DNA of 64,000 bases, taken from positions 915 through 64,914 of the IMG/VR virus record IMGVR_UViG_3300043416_000076, one strand, 5' to 3'. Shown in pieces: positions 46,767 through 56,064 of the stretch (position 1 is its first letter; every line of letters begins with the position of its first letter). Under the pieces are notes generated by a model. The model was not told where the DNA came from. It ran no database searches and saw only the letters and a program-made list of their open reading frames with translations. The translations under genes were made by a program, and so were the position numbers. Source of the DNA: a virus (lineage: Duplodnaviria; Caudoviricetes).

Positions 46767-47753
46767 ATGGCAACAAAGTTTGACGATACCTACGAGTTCC
46801 CCGACGAGGTAGAAGCTAAGAAAGCTGCTGCTGAGGAGAAGTTTGAGATTGAAATTGAGGACGATACGCCTCCCGCTGATCGTGGGCGCAAGCCTATGAG
46901 AGAGCCAGTGGAAGACCCAACTGACGAAGAGTTGGCCACCTACGACGAGAAGGTTCAGGCGCGGATGAAGAAATTCACCCGTGGCTATCACGACGAACGA
47001 CGGGCAAAAGAACAGGCCGTACGGGAACGTGAGGCGACTGAAACCTATGCGAAACAGATCATTGAAGAAAATAAACGACTTCAACAACAGCTTTCTAGCG
47101 GAAGCAAGGTACTAATTGAGCAGTCGCAATCCAGCGCACAGCTTGAGCTTGACGCCGCCAAGAAAAAATACAAGGAAGCCTACGAGACCGCCGATGTGGA
47201 TGCGTTGGCCGACTCTCAAGCAGAAATTGCCAAAGCCACCCTACGTATGGACAGAGCTTCAGGGATGAAGCCCATTGAGGTAGATGAGCTGGGGTATGCA
47301 CCAGCGCAGCCACAAAAATCTAACGTCACCCCCCGAACCCAAAAGTGGCTAGACCGCAACGAATGGTTTGGCCCGGACGATGAGATGACTATGACTGCAA
47401 TGGGTATTGACAGACGTTTGCAGAAAGAGTATGGTGCGGACTATGTAGGTACTGAAGAGTACTTTCAAACCATTGATAAAACAATGCGCAAAAGATTTCC
47501 TGAGCACTTTGAGAGTGATCAGAGCTACGAGGAAGACGAATCGCCTCCTAAGAAAAGAACGTCAGAACCGGATGAGGATGATGAACCCCCACGCCGTGCA
47601 ACAAGAATTACTTCGCCTGTAGCCCCGGCTGCACGAAGTACACCGCCTAATCGCATTCGCTTAAAAGCATCTGAGGTTGAGACCGCGCGTCGCCTTCAGG
47701 TGCCCATTGAAGAATATGCTAAACAGGTTGCTTTACTTAGAAGAGGTGCTTAA
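46767..47753 (+). CDS. Capsid scaffolding protein
   Basis: Acidic coiled coil, N.WFG motif, C-terminal ARRLQVPIEEYAK; lies upstream of the capsid genes. Confidence 0.75.
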   Translation: MATKFDDTYEFPDEVEAKKAAAEEKFEIEIEDDTPPADRGRKPMREPVEDPTDEELATYDEKVQARMKKFTRGYHDERRAKEQAVREREATETYAKQIIEENKRLQQQLSSGSKVLIEQSQSSAQLELDAAKKKYKEAYETADVDALADSQAEIAKATLRMDRASGMKPIEVDELGYAPAQPQKSNVTPRTQKWLDRNEWFGPDDEMTMTAMGIDRRLQKEYGADYVGTEEYFQTIDKTMRKRFPEHFESDQSYEEDESPPKKRTSEPDEDDEPPRRATRITSPVAPAARSTPPNRIRLKASEVETARRLQVPIEEYAKQVALLRRGA

Positions 47754-47755
47754 TC

Positions 47756-48226
47756 ATGGAAAATATCGAGTCAAAAAAACCGCAAAATCGTATGGATCGC
47801 GCATTGGATACTAGGGCTACCGCTTACAGACCAACGTCTTGGCAAGCCCCTGAAACCCTGCCTCAACCAGATGATCGACCCGGTTGGAAACATCGTTATG
47901 TTCGTTTAAGCGCCAATGGTCAATCTGATCCATCAAATATTGCTTCTAAGTTACGTGAGGGGTATGAACCCTGCAAAGCAGAGGAATATCCTGAACTCAT
48001 GATGCACGCCGCCATTGAAGGTCGCTTTAAAGGTGGTATTGAAGTAGGTGGTTTGTTACTCTGCCGTATTCCAGCCGAGTTTATGCAGCAACGTGATGCT
48101 CACTTTGCAAAACTAAACAAGGCACAAATGGATTCTGTAGACAACACCTACATGAAAGACAACGATCCACGAATGCAAAAATTTGCGGAGCGTTCGTCAA
48201 AAGTAACATTCGGCCCCGGTTCTTAA
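47756..48226 (+). CDS. Conserved head-module protein
   Basis: HRYVR, KLREGYEP, GGLLLCRIP. Confidence 0.65.
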   Translation: MENIESKKPQNRMDRALDTRATAYRPTSWQAPETLPQPDDRPGWKHRYVRLSANGQSDPSNIASKLREGYEPCKAEEYPELMMHAAIEGRFKGGIEVGGLLLCRIPAEFMQQRDAHFAKLNKAQMDSVDNTYMKDNDPRMQKFAERSSKVTFGPGS

Positions 48227-48247
48227 ATTTTTTAAAAGGAGTCTTAA

Positions 48248-49072
48248 ATGGCTTATCCAGTGGTTAATGCCCCTTACGGGCTACGACCAGTCAACTTGAT
48301 TGGCGGTCAGGTATTTGCGGGGTCAACCCGTGAGCTACCTATCACCTACGGCTATGCTACAAACATCTTTTATGGTGACTTTGTAACATTAGTTCGCGGG
48401 AACTTGGAACGCATAAGCGTTTCAACAGGTGTTGTTGGTACATTGATGGGGGTTTTCCTCGGATGTTCGTACACCAACCCATTAACTAAACAAAAAACCT
48501 TCTCGCAATACTGGCCTGCGTCTACGCTTGCTGGTGATGCAGTGGCTATTGTTTGTGATGACCCTGATACAGTGTTTCAAGCTGTGATGGTTTCTGGTAC
48601 TACAGTGGTGGCTTCTGGTGCTCGCGCCATGATCGGTCAAAACTTAGCAGCAGTTAACAACACAGGCAGCACTACCACAGGTAATTCCGCTAATGCTGTT
48701 TTGGCAGATACCTCTTTAGCACTTACTGCGGCTCTGCCAATTCGTGTTATTGGGTTGGTTCCTGACTCTGTGGTGGCACAAGGTACAGGTGTTTACACTT
48801 CTATCTCTAGCGCTACTGTTACGCTTGCTTCGGCTCTTACGTTTACGCCAGTGGTTGGCTCTGACGTTGGCTCCATTGCTGCAAATGGTCAGTACATTGC
48901 CAGCGGTTCGTATGTTGCTTCTGTAACAAACTCTACAACAGTTGTGCTTAATCAAGCACCGCTAGTGGCGTTTGGCGCGGCTTCAACAATTGTCTTTAAC
49001 CAATACCCAGAAGTACTTGTGAAAATCAATTTCGGTTTGCACAAATACTATGCTGGTACAGCTGTTGCATAA
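48248..49072 (+). CDS. Capsid decoration / minor capsid protein
   Basis: Beta-rich; directly upstream of the major capsid gene. Confidence 0.6.
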   Translation: MAYPVVNAPYGLRPVNLIGGQVFAGSTRELPITYGYATNIFYGDFVTLVRGNLERISVSTGVVGTLMGVFLGCSYTNPLTKQKTFSQYWPASTLAGDAVAIVCDDPDTVFQAVMVSGTTVVASGARAMIGQNLAAVNNTGSTTTGNSANAVLADTSLALTAALPIRVIGLVPDSVVAQGTGVYTSISSATVTLASALTFTPVVGSDVGSIAANGQYIASGSYVASVTNSTTVVLNQAPLVAFGAASTIVFNQYPEVLVKINFGLHKYYAGTAVA

Positions 49073-49085
49073 GGAGTAACATAAA

Positions 49086-49997
49086 ATGGCTATTTCACGT
49101 GCACAACTACTGAAGGAACTTCTTCCCGGACTGAACGCTTTGTTCGGTATGGAATACGCTCGCTACGGTGAGCAACACAAAGAGATCTACGAAACAGAGA
49201 CCTCTGAGCGTTCCTTTGAAGAAGAAACCAAGCTGTCTGGCTTCTCTGCCGCACCTGTCAAAAACGAGGGTTCTGCCATCGCTTATGACAATGCTCAAGA
49301 GGCATGGACTACCCGCTACAACCACGAAACCATTGCTTTGGGTTTCTCAATCACTGAAGAAGCGATTGAAGATAACTTGTACGACAGCTTGTCTGCTCGC
49401 TACACCAAAGGTCTGGCTCGTGCTATGGCGTATACCAAGCAGGTTAAAGCAGCCGCTACTCTCAACAACGGTTTCTCCGCCGCTTATGTCGGTGGTGATG
49501 GTGTTGCTTTGTTTAGCACTGCTCACCCCTTGGTTAATGGTGGAACCAACTCCAACCGTCCTTCCACTGCTGCTGACTTGAATGAAACTTCGTTGGAAAA
49601 CGCTGTTATTCAGATCGCTGCATGGACAGACGAGCGTGGTTTGTTGATCGCCGCCAAGCCCAAGAAGCTGATTGTTCCCCCTGCATTGCAGTTCGTGGCT
49701 ACCCGCCTGTTGGAAACCAGCCTGCGTGTTGGCACTACCGACAACGACATCAATGCTCTGAAGAACAACGGTTCTATCCCTGAAGGCTACACCATTAACA
49801 ACTACTTGACCGACACAAACGGCTGGTATTTGACAACTGATGTGCCTAACGGTCTGAAGCACTTCGTTCGTTCACCCCTTGCTAACAGCATGGATGGTGA
49901 CTTTGATACCGGCAACGTCCGTTACAAAGCCCGCGAGCGTTACAGCTTCGGTTGGTCTGATCCGTTGGGAATGTTTGGTTCTCCCGGTACGTCCTAA
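49086..49997 (+). CDS. Major capsid protein
   Basis: MAISRAQLLKELLPGLNALFG...; optimised codons; strong RBS; followed by a terminator. Confidence 0.88.
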   Translation: MAISRAQLLKELLPGLNALFGMEYARYGEQHKEIYETETSERSFEEETKLSGFSAAPVKNEGSAIAYDNAQEAWTTRYNHETIALGFSITEEAIEDNLYDSLSARYTKGLARAMAYTKQVKAAATLNNGFSAAYVGGDGVALFSTAHPLVNGGTNSNRPSTAADLNETSLENAVIQIAAWTDERGLLIAAKPKKLIVPPALQFVATRLLETSLRVGTTDNDINALKNNGSIPEGYTINNYLTDTNGWYLTTDVPNGLKHFVRSPLANSMDGDFDTGNVRYKARERYSFGWSDPLGMFGSPGTS

Positions 49998-50007
49998 GAA
50001 GACTGAG

Positions 50008-50035
50008 AAGGGGGCCTTGTGCCCCCTTTTCTTTT
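50008..50035 (+). terminator. Intrinsic terminator after the capsid gene; its loop also reads as a -35 (TTGTGC-17 bp-TATATT at 50017-50045)
   Basis: AAGGGGGC-CTTGT-GCCCCCTT followed by TTCTTTT. Confidence 0.8.
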
Positions 50036-50054
50036 GATGTATATTGAACGCATT

Positions 50055-50125
50055 CCGGGAAACCCGGCGTATCAAACAGTCCCGGCTGACTGACATGCAA
50101 GATTGATACGCTATAACGCATGGAG
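50055..50125 (+). ncRNA. Putative multi-pseudoknot leader RNA
   Basis: Four complementary segment pairs (6, 9, 5 and 5 bp) within 70 nt; the last pair overlaps the RBS. Confidence 0.6.
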
Positions 50126-50133
50126 ATATTCTT

Positions 50134-50631
50134 ATGGGATTCGCAACTCACCTTGGCCCTTGGTTGTTGGGTACAGTTAAAAACACAACTGGCACTACCG
50201 CAGGCACTATCCGCAATATGGGCGCGACTATTGTTGCCCAGACTTACACGGCCCCCGCTTCTGTTATTTTGGCAAGCCCCGCAGCACAACAGATGTTTGT
50301 ACTCCCTGCTGGCGCTAAGATTGTTCGTTTTGGCCTCGAAGTTAATGTTGCCCTGACTGGCGCGTCTAACTGCGGCGTTACCATCGGTAGCAGCGGCACT
50401 GCCAACTTGTACATGGCTACGGTCAACACCGGCACTTCAGCGGTTCAGACTTCTCCAGCTACGATTGCAGCGGCTACTTCAGGTCTGTATGACAGCATTG
50501 GCACAACTGATGCAATCATTTACGGTACTTTTACCGCAGCTACTGCTGACGCTACTGCTGGTACGGTTACTGTCACTGTTGAGTACATTGTTCGTGACTC
50601 TGACGGTTCTGCCAATCCTTCACAGGCTTAA
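50134..50631 (+). CDS. Virion structural protein
   Basis: T/A/G-rich beta protein; RBS GGAG. Confidence 0.7.
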   Translation: MGFATHLGPWLLGTVKNTTGTTAGTIRNMGATIVAQTYTAPASVILASPAAQQMFVLPAGAKIVRFGLEVNVALTGASNCGVTIGSSGTANLYMATVNTGTSAVQTSPATIAAATSGLYDSIGTTDAIIYGTFTAATADATAGTVTVTVEYIVRDSDGSANPSQA

Positions 50632-50639
50632 TTGATCTT

Positions 50640-50659
50640 GGGGGCTTCGGCCCCCGTTT
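50640..50659 (+). terminator. UUCG hairpin (weak terminator or stabiliser)
   Basis: GGGGGC-TTCG-GCCCCC followed by only GTTT. Confidence 0.5.
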
Positions 50660-50668
50660 AAAAGGAGA

Positions 50669-50953
50669 TTGATTATGATGCAGACAGATGTAAAAAGCGG
50701 CGCGGCAGCAGCTAATGCAACCACCACCATTTTTGCTGGCCCAGCCCGTATTAAAGGTATATCCATCAGTTATTCAACAGGCGCAACGGTTGTTCTGAAT
50801 GATGGCACAGCCGGTACAGCTATGTTTTCTTTTACCGCGCCAGCGGCTGCGGGGGCTATCTATATGGTATTCCCCGGAGAGGGAATTAGATGTAGCACCA
50901 ATATTTCTGCTGTGGTATCTGCGACAACAACCGCAGTGGTGTTCTATGGCTAA
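50669..50953 (+). CDS. Small virion structural protein
   Basis: GPARIKG...PGEGIRC; RBS AGGAG. Confidence 0.7.
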   Translation: MIMMQTDVKSGAAAANATTTIFAGPARIKGISISYSTGATVVLNDGTAGTAMFSFTAPAAAGAIYMVFPGEGIRCSTNISAVVSATTTAVVFYG

Positions 50954-51200
50954 GAAGACTCCCTCCCTTGCAATTGGTCGTGGTGAAAAACTACCCGCTT
51001 CCAAGGGGGCGGGCTTGACTGCCAAAGGTCGTGCCAAGTACAACGCAGCAACAGGAAGCAACTTGAAGGCTCCACAGCCACAGGGTGGCAAGCGCAAGGA
51101 TTCGTTCTGCGCCCGTATGTCTGGTATGCCCGGCCCGATGAAAGATGAAAAAGGCAAGCCTACCCGCAAGGCAGCTTCTTTAGCAAGATGGAAGTGTTGA
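50946..51200 (+). CDS. Small basic protein (SFCARM family)
   Basis: ATG 50946; GLTAKGR..YN...GSNLK, SFCARM, LARWKC. Confidence 0.7.
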   Translation: MAKKTPSLAIGRGEKLPASKGAGLTAKGRAKYNAATGSNLKAPQPQGGKRKDSFCARMSGMPGPMKDEKGKPTRKAASLARWKC

Positions 51201-51207
51201 GGTAATC

Positions 51208-51510
51208 ATGGCTGATAACGAAAAATTCTTTACAGGCAAAGATGCCAATGGCGCTCCTCTTTACACATATCAAAATAACGCTATGTCAAAAGAAGATTTT
51301 GACAAGCAAAAAGCACAATCAGCAAATGAGATGGATGCTTTTAAAAATCAAAAAGATGATTTTGATTTACAGTTTGACGATATGAAAGCAAAACTCCTTA
51401 CGCTTAAAAAACCGCTTAAAAAAGCAAAAGGCGGAGCAATAAAAAGCTCGGCCTCTAGCCGCGCAGATGGCTGTGCTACCAAAGGCAAAACAAAAGGTAG
51501 GTTTGTTTAA
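51208..51510 (+). CDS. Small late protein with C-terminal RADGCATKGKTKG tag
   Basis: Ends ASSRADGCATKGKTKGRFV. Confidence 0.7.
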   Translation: MADNEKFFTGKDANGAPLYTYQNNAMSKEDFDKQKAQSANEMDAFKNQKDDFDLQFDDMKAKLLTLKKPLKKAKGGAIKSSASSRADGCATKGKTKGRFV

Positions 51511-52062
51511 ATGGCAAATTTTAAAACTCGTTCAGACGATGAGATTTTTTGGTCAAACAAGCCCGGAAACCGTGGAAAGACTTACCCCGGTGACGAGATA
51601 GCTCGTCAAGAATATGACCGAGATAAAGCGCGGGGGGAAAACAACCTCAGTACTGTGCGCAACTTCTTGTTTGGTAAGAGCGACGCAAGAAAGCGTGATG
51701 CTAATGATGCAATTGACAGGCGTATAGCAGAAAAAGGTCAGATTCCAATAGAGCCAGCAGGGCCTATGACAAAGAAAAGAACCCTGTCAGACAGAATTCT
51801 GGATAGTTTTCCTATGGCTACCATAAAAAATAACGCTGCTAAAGCCGGTTTTATTGAGCCACCTGTTTCTCTTAATGAAGACTCTGCAAGTAAAGAAAAT
51901 GAACGCAACAAAACAGACTTAATGCAAAAGCTGCTTGCTAGAAAGTCTGGGCTAAAAAAAGGTGGCGCGGTAAAAACCAAAAAAATGGCTTCTGGCGGCA
52001 CAGCCTCTAGCCGCGCAGACGGATGCGCAACAAAAGGCAAAACAAAAGGCAGGATTGTATGA
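51511..52062 (+). CDS. Late protein with C-terminal RADGCATKGKTKG tag
   Basis: Ends ASSRADGCATKGKTKGRIV. Confidence 0.7.
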   Translation: MANFKTRSDDEIFWSNKPGNRGKTYPGDEIARQEYDRDKARGENNLSTVRNFLFGKSDARKRDANDAIDRRIAEKGQIPIEPAGPMTKKRTLSDRILDSFPMATIKNNAAKAGFIEPPVSLNEDSASKENERNKTDLMQKLLARKSGLKKGGAVKTKKMASGGTASSRADGCATKGKTKGRIV

Positions 52063-52262
52063 ACGAACAAAATCAAGAAACTCTGAAGTATGCCCTTGAT
52101 GGTGCGTCCCTTCTCACTGTCATAGGAACACTTGTGGAATTCTTACCCGCCTTATCTGCAATTCTCAGTATTGTTTGGGTGGCAATCCGCATCTACGAAA
52201 CCGAGACTATGAAGAAATTGTTGAATCGCAAGAAAGACGACGATGCCAGCAACAAGCCCTAA
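52059..52262 (+). CDS. Small membrane protein (holin-like topology)
   Basis: ATG 52059; hydrophobic core, WVAIRIYET, basic/acidic tail. Confidence 0.65.
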   Translation: MNEQNQETLKYALDGASLLTVIGTLVEFLPALSAILSIVWVAIRIYETETMKKLLNRKKDDDASNKP

Positions 52263-52692
52263 ACAAAAAAAATTCATGGACGCTGCGGCGCACAACAAAG
52301 CGTTTGCCACACAAGCGGGCATCCCGCAGAAGGTGGCAAAGGACTTCAGTGGGGCCAGCAAAGGCATGAAGTTTGGGAAGGATCGTTCAGTCGCAACCCG
52401 TGCTGATCGTCAGACAATCAACAATCCTAAAACCAATCAAGGTAAACAGGAACTTTTTAAAGAAGGTGGAACTATGGCAACGAAAATGAACCCCGGTTTT
52501 ATGGCAATGATAGCTAAGAAAAAAGCTGGAGCCAAGTCAGAGATGCCTTCTAAGATGGGCAAACCTGTGATGAAAAAAGGCATGGACACTGCCAAAGACG
52601 GCATGAAGATGGCTAAAGGTGGTGGTGTCGAAGCCAAGGGTAAAACCAAAGGCAAGATGATCAAGATGAACAAGGGCGGCAAAGCCTGCTAA
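52243..52692 (+). CDS. Lys/Met-rich basic protein with a degenerate tag
   Basis: SPKQKKFM.AAAHN..FA...GIP; ends AKGKTKGKMIKMNKGGKAC. Confidence 0.7.
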   Translation: MPATSPKQKKFMDAAAHNKAFATQAGIPQKVAKDFSGASKGMKFGKDRSVATRADRQTINNPKTNQGKQELFKEGGTMATKMNPGFMAMIAKKKAGAKSEMPSKMGKPVMKKGMDTAKDGMKMAKGGGVEAKGKTKGKMIKMNKGGKAC

Positions 52693-52702
52693 GGAGTAAA
52701 TC

Positions 52703-53482
52703 ATGGCAAAAAGAAATAATTTAGCTGCTTTGGCCGCGCTAGCCGGGTTAGGCTACGTACTTACAAATCAATCTCGTAATAAAGTGGATTTGACCGAGAA
52801 GGATTCAAATCCTGATCGTAAAGCTCGACCAGACTCGACTGAAACCCGGGAAGCGCCTTTTAAGGCTACAAACGAGTCTGCGTACACCGGCACTACCAAA
52901 AACGACTCTAACACCGCTAAAAACATTGGTTTTGGGGGCGGGGATAACAGCGATAAAAATCTTAAACGTGTAGCCCCGGCTGAACCTATTCCAGTTAAAC
53001 CCCCTAAATTAGATGTGGTTACGAACAGTGCTTTGCCACCTGCCGAACCTAAACCTTCTGACAAGCCTCTGTATAAGCAAAACGTCACAATTGCTGGGGA
53101 TAAAAAGCGCACTGAAGGCAATCAACCAATGCCTTCTTTGAGAGCGGTTGAAGCAAAAGTGGCTTCAAATAAAACTGACGCATTGCGTAACGCCTCCCGC
53201 AAAACCGCTGCCTCAAACACCCCCAAAAGCAAAACCCCACCAGCATCGACCTCCACGGCTTTGAAAACACCTGATGCGCCTAAAAGTGAGACTACAAACG
53301 GTAAGTTTGAAATGCCAATTACTAAGTTCTTTAAAGGCATTCGTGAGCGCGGAGATGAAGATTTAGCCACACGAGGTCTGAAACGTGGCGGCACAGTCAA
53401 GATGGCTTCCGGTGGCATGGCTGCTTCTCGTCGTGGCGATGGTATTGCTCAGCGGGGTAAGACTCGCGGAAAGATGTGCTAA
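52703..53482 (+). CDS. Late protein with N-terminal hydrophobic anchor and tag variant
   Basis: LAALAALAGLGYVL; ends ASRRGDGIAQRGKTRGKMC. Confidence 0.7.
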   Translation: MAKRNNLAALAALAGLGYVLTNQSRNKVDLTEKDSNPDRKARPDSTETREAPFKATNESAYTGTTKNDSNTAKNIGFGGGDNSDKNLKRVAPAEPIPVKPPKLDVVTNSALPPAEPKPSDKPLYKQNVTIAGDKKRTEGNQPMPSLRAVEAKVASNKTDALRNASRKTAASNTPKSKTPPASTSTALKTPDAPKSETTNGKFEMPITKFFKGIRERGDEDLATRGLKRGGTVKMASGGMAASRRGDGIAQRGKTRGKMC

Positions 53483-53485
53483 ATC

Positions 53486-54040
53486 ATGGCAAAAATTGGT
53501 AGACGACCACTGGATGATGAGCAGCTTGAGGGCGGCGGCGCGGGCGCGGGTATCAGCGGAACCAAGTACAGCAAGATGCCTTCTTTGAGAGGTAGCGCCA
53601 GCACAATAGGCGACCTCAGAAAAATCAATCAGGACACCTCTAACTTACGCGGTAACGCCAAGAAGGTGACTGAAGATGCCCAAGATCGCGCAGCGGCCCG
53701 AACAGGCGTGCGTGCAGCAGGTGCTGGCGCTGCCGCAGCAGGTATAAAAACCGCCGTCAGTGATGACTCTGAGGATAAAAAAGACGATAAAACTCCTTCT
53801 CGTGCTGGCATGGGCGAGATTATTTCCGGTAAAGGTATGGCTGACGGCGGCAAGGTTCCAGTTCAGCAATTGCCGTACATGGGCGAAAAACCTGAGTCTC
53901 GCATTCCACCTCCTGCGCAACGCAGTAAGCCCAATTCAGAAGTGAAAATTCCTAGCAAGAACTACAGCGGCGGCGGTACTGCTTCCAGCCGTGCAGATGG
54001 CTGCGCAACCAAGGGCAAAACCAAGGGTCGATTTGTATGA
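53486..54040 (+). CDS. Late protein with C-terminal RADGCATKGKTKG tag
   Basis: Ends ASSRADGCATKGKTKGRFV. Confidence 0.7.
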   Translation: MAKIGRRPLDDEQLEGGGAGAGISGTKYSKMPSLRGSASTIGDLRKINQDTSNLRGNAKKVTEDAQDRAAARTGVRAAGAGAAAAGIKTAVSDDSEDKKDDKTPSRAGMGEIISGKGMADGGKVPVQQLPYMGEKPESRIPPPAQRSKPNSEVKIPSKNYSGGGTASSRADGCATKGKTKGRFV

Positions 54041-54327
54041 TGTCTTCTCGCGGCATGGGCAACATTAACCCGTCAAAGATGCCGGGGAAGAAGGTCGTTC
54101 GTCGTAAAGACAAGCCGCAGGATGTGGACATGTACGCTGAAGGCGGCAAAGCAAAATCCAAAGTAAATGAGGCGGGCAATTACACCAAGCCTGATTTGCG
54201 CAAACGTATTTTCAACAGCGTCAAAGCTGCGGCAATCGTAGGTACAGGCGCAGGGCAATGGAGCGCTAGAAAAGCGCAGGTCATGGCTAAACGCTACAAA
54301 GCCGCAGGCGGCGGGTATCGTGATTAA
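54037..54327 (+). CDS. Small basic protein
   Basis: NYTKP.LRKR...GQWSARKAQ...YK.AGGGY. Confidence 0.7.
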   Translation: MMSSRGMGNINPSKMPGKKVVRRKDKPQDVDMYAEGGKAKSKVNEAGNYTKPDLRKRIFNSVKAAAIVGTGAGQWSARKAQVMAKRYKAAGGGYRD

Positions 54328-54556
54328 AAAGCCCCAGCAATCCCTAAAAAACTGGGGCGAACAAGATTGGACAACTAAAAGTGGTAAAAAATCTTCTGAC
54401 ACTGGTGAGCGATACCTTCCAAAAGCTGCGATCAAAAGTCTCAGCCCTGCTGAGTACGCTGCGACAACACGTGCAAAACGTGCTGGCAAAGCTAAAGGGA
54501 AACAATTCGTGAAGCAACCCCCCAAGGTAGCAAAGAAAACGGCAGGATTTAGATAA
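54320..54556 (+). CDS. Small basic protein
   Basis: Q.SLK.W..Q.W.TKSGK...GERYLP. Confidence 0.7.
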   Translation: MIKKPQQSLKNWGEQDWTTKSGKKSSDTGERYLPKAAIKSLSPAEYAATTRAKRAGKAKGKQFVKQPPKVAKKTAGFR

Positions 54557-55482
54557 TGGCAAACACTTCCGGCGCAGTAAGTTTTAACCTAGACCTCACC
54601 GAACTGGTGGAGGAGGCGTTTGAACGCGCCGGGGGTGAGCTTCGCACGGGCTATGACCTCCGTACAGCCAGACGCAGTTTAAACATCATGTTTGCCGACT
54701 GGGCCAACCGAGGCATCAACCTGTGGACGATAGAGACAGGGATAATTGATCTGGTGCAGGGTCAAAATACTTATCCGTTGCCCAACGACACGATTGACCT
54801 GCTGGAACACGTCATCCGCACCGGCGGTAATTTAGCCTCAACACAGGCTGACTTGACCATTACGCGCATTAGCGTTTCTACCTACGCAACCATACCAAAC
54901 AAGATTCAGCAAGCCAGACCTATTCAGGTATGGATTCAGCGCTTTAATGGTCAAACATCACCGACAGATATAACCCTAGATGGGGCAATCACCAGCACCG
55001 ACACAACAATTACTTTGGACTCTGTGGTGGGGCTTCCCGCCGCTGGGTTCATCAAGATCGACAGCGAGATCATCAACTACGGATACATTGATGGCAATGT
55101 CCTGAACAACTGCTTCCGCGCCCAACAAAACACTACAGCAGCGAGCCACGCTGACAATGCCGCTGTTTATTGGGAGCAAGTCCCAGCAGTCACCGTTTGG
55201 CCCACCCCAGACAATGCGCAGACCTACCAACTTGTGTATTGGCGCTTACGTCGTACCCAAGACGCGGGCGGCGGTGTCAATATTATGGACGTGCCGTTCC
55301 GCTTCATTCCTTGCATGGCTGCTGGCCTGTCGTATTACATTGCGGGAAAGATTCCGACCGGTATGGAAAGAATCCCGATGCTAAAAGCGCAGTATGACGA
55401 GGCTTGGGAACTAGCAGCATACGAAGATCATGAGAAAGCTGCACTGCGTCTTGTCCCCCGTCAGACCTACATTGGGAGGTAA
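54556..55482 (+). CDS. Head-tail connector / neck protein (gp4-like)
   Basis: ARRSLN....WANRGINLW; VTVWPTPD; RFIPCMAAGLSYY. Confidence 0.65.
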   Translation: MANTSGAVSFNLDLTELVEEAFERAGGELRTGYDLRTARRSLNIMFADWANRGINLWTIETGIIDLVQGQNTYPLPNDTIDLLEHVIRTGGNLASTQADLTITRISVSTYATIPNKIQQARPIQVWIQRFNGQTSPTDITLDGAITSTDTTITLDSVVGLPAAGFIKIDSEIINYGYIDGNVLNNCFRAQQNTTAASHADNAAVYWEQVPAVTVWPTPDNAQTYQLVYWRLRRTQDAGGGVNIMDVPFRFIPCMAAGLSYYIAGKIPTGMERIPMLKAQYDEAWELAAYEDHEKAALRLVPRQTYIGR

Positions 55483-55484
55483 CG

Positions 55485-55874
55485 GTGGGTAATCGTTTTG
55501 CCGCAGGCAAACATGCAATATCGGAGTGCGACCGATGTGGGCAAAGGTTTAAACTGAAAGTCTTGAAGACGGAGATCATTAAGACAAAGAAGTATGACCT
55601 GTTGGTCTGCCCGGCTTGCTGGGATCCCGACCATCCACAGTTGCAGTTGGGTATGTACCCAGTGGACGATCCGCAGGCTTTGAGAAACCCTCGCCCTGAT
55701 CGCAGCTATGTTGTCTCTGGGCTGTTAGCCGATGGGGAGTCAGGCGGTGGTAGCCGAATCTTTCAGTGGGGCTGGAACCCAGTGGGTGGCTCTCAGGGAG
55801 TTGATGCAGTTCTAACGCCAAACAACTTGGCGATGGTGGTGGAACTTGGTACAGTTACGGTAGCAACGACATAA
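55485..55874 (+). CDS. Zn-binding late protein
   Basis: CDRCG...CPACWD.DHPQL. Confidence 0.7.
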   Translation: MGNRFAAGKHAISECDRCGQRFKLKVLKTEIIKTKKYDLLVCPACWDPDHPQLQLGMYPVDDPQALRNPRPDRSYVVSGLLADGESGGGSRIFQWGWNPVGGSQGVDAVLTPNNLAMVVELGTVTVATT

Positions 55875-55884
55875 GGAGTCAGTG

Positions 55885-56064
55885 ATGGACAAGAAAGATT
55901 TAAAACAAGACAAGAAAATGATCGCGGGTGCTGTGCATAAGCATGAGAAAAAGTTGCACCCCGGTAAGCCTATGACTAAATTAGCCAAGGGCGGTGTGAC
56001 CACTGACCAAATGAAAGCTGTTGGTCGTAACATGGCACGCGCAAACAATCAAAGGAGCGGTTAA
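55885..56064 (+). CDS. Small basic protein
   Basis: LAKGG motif; RBS AGGAG. Confidence 0.6.
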   Translation: MDKKDLKQDKKMIAGAVHKHEKKLHPGKPMTKLAKGGVTTDQMKAVGRNMARANNQRSG

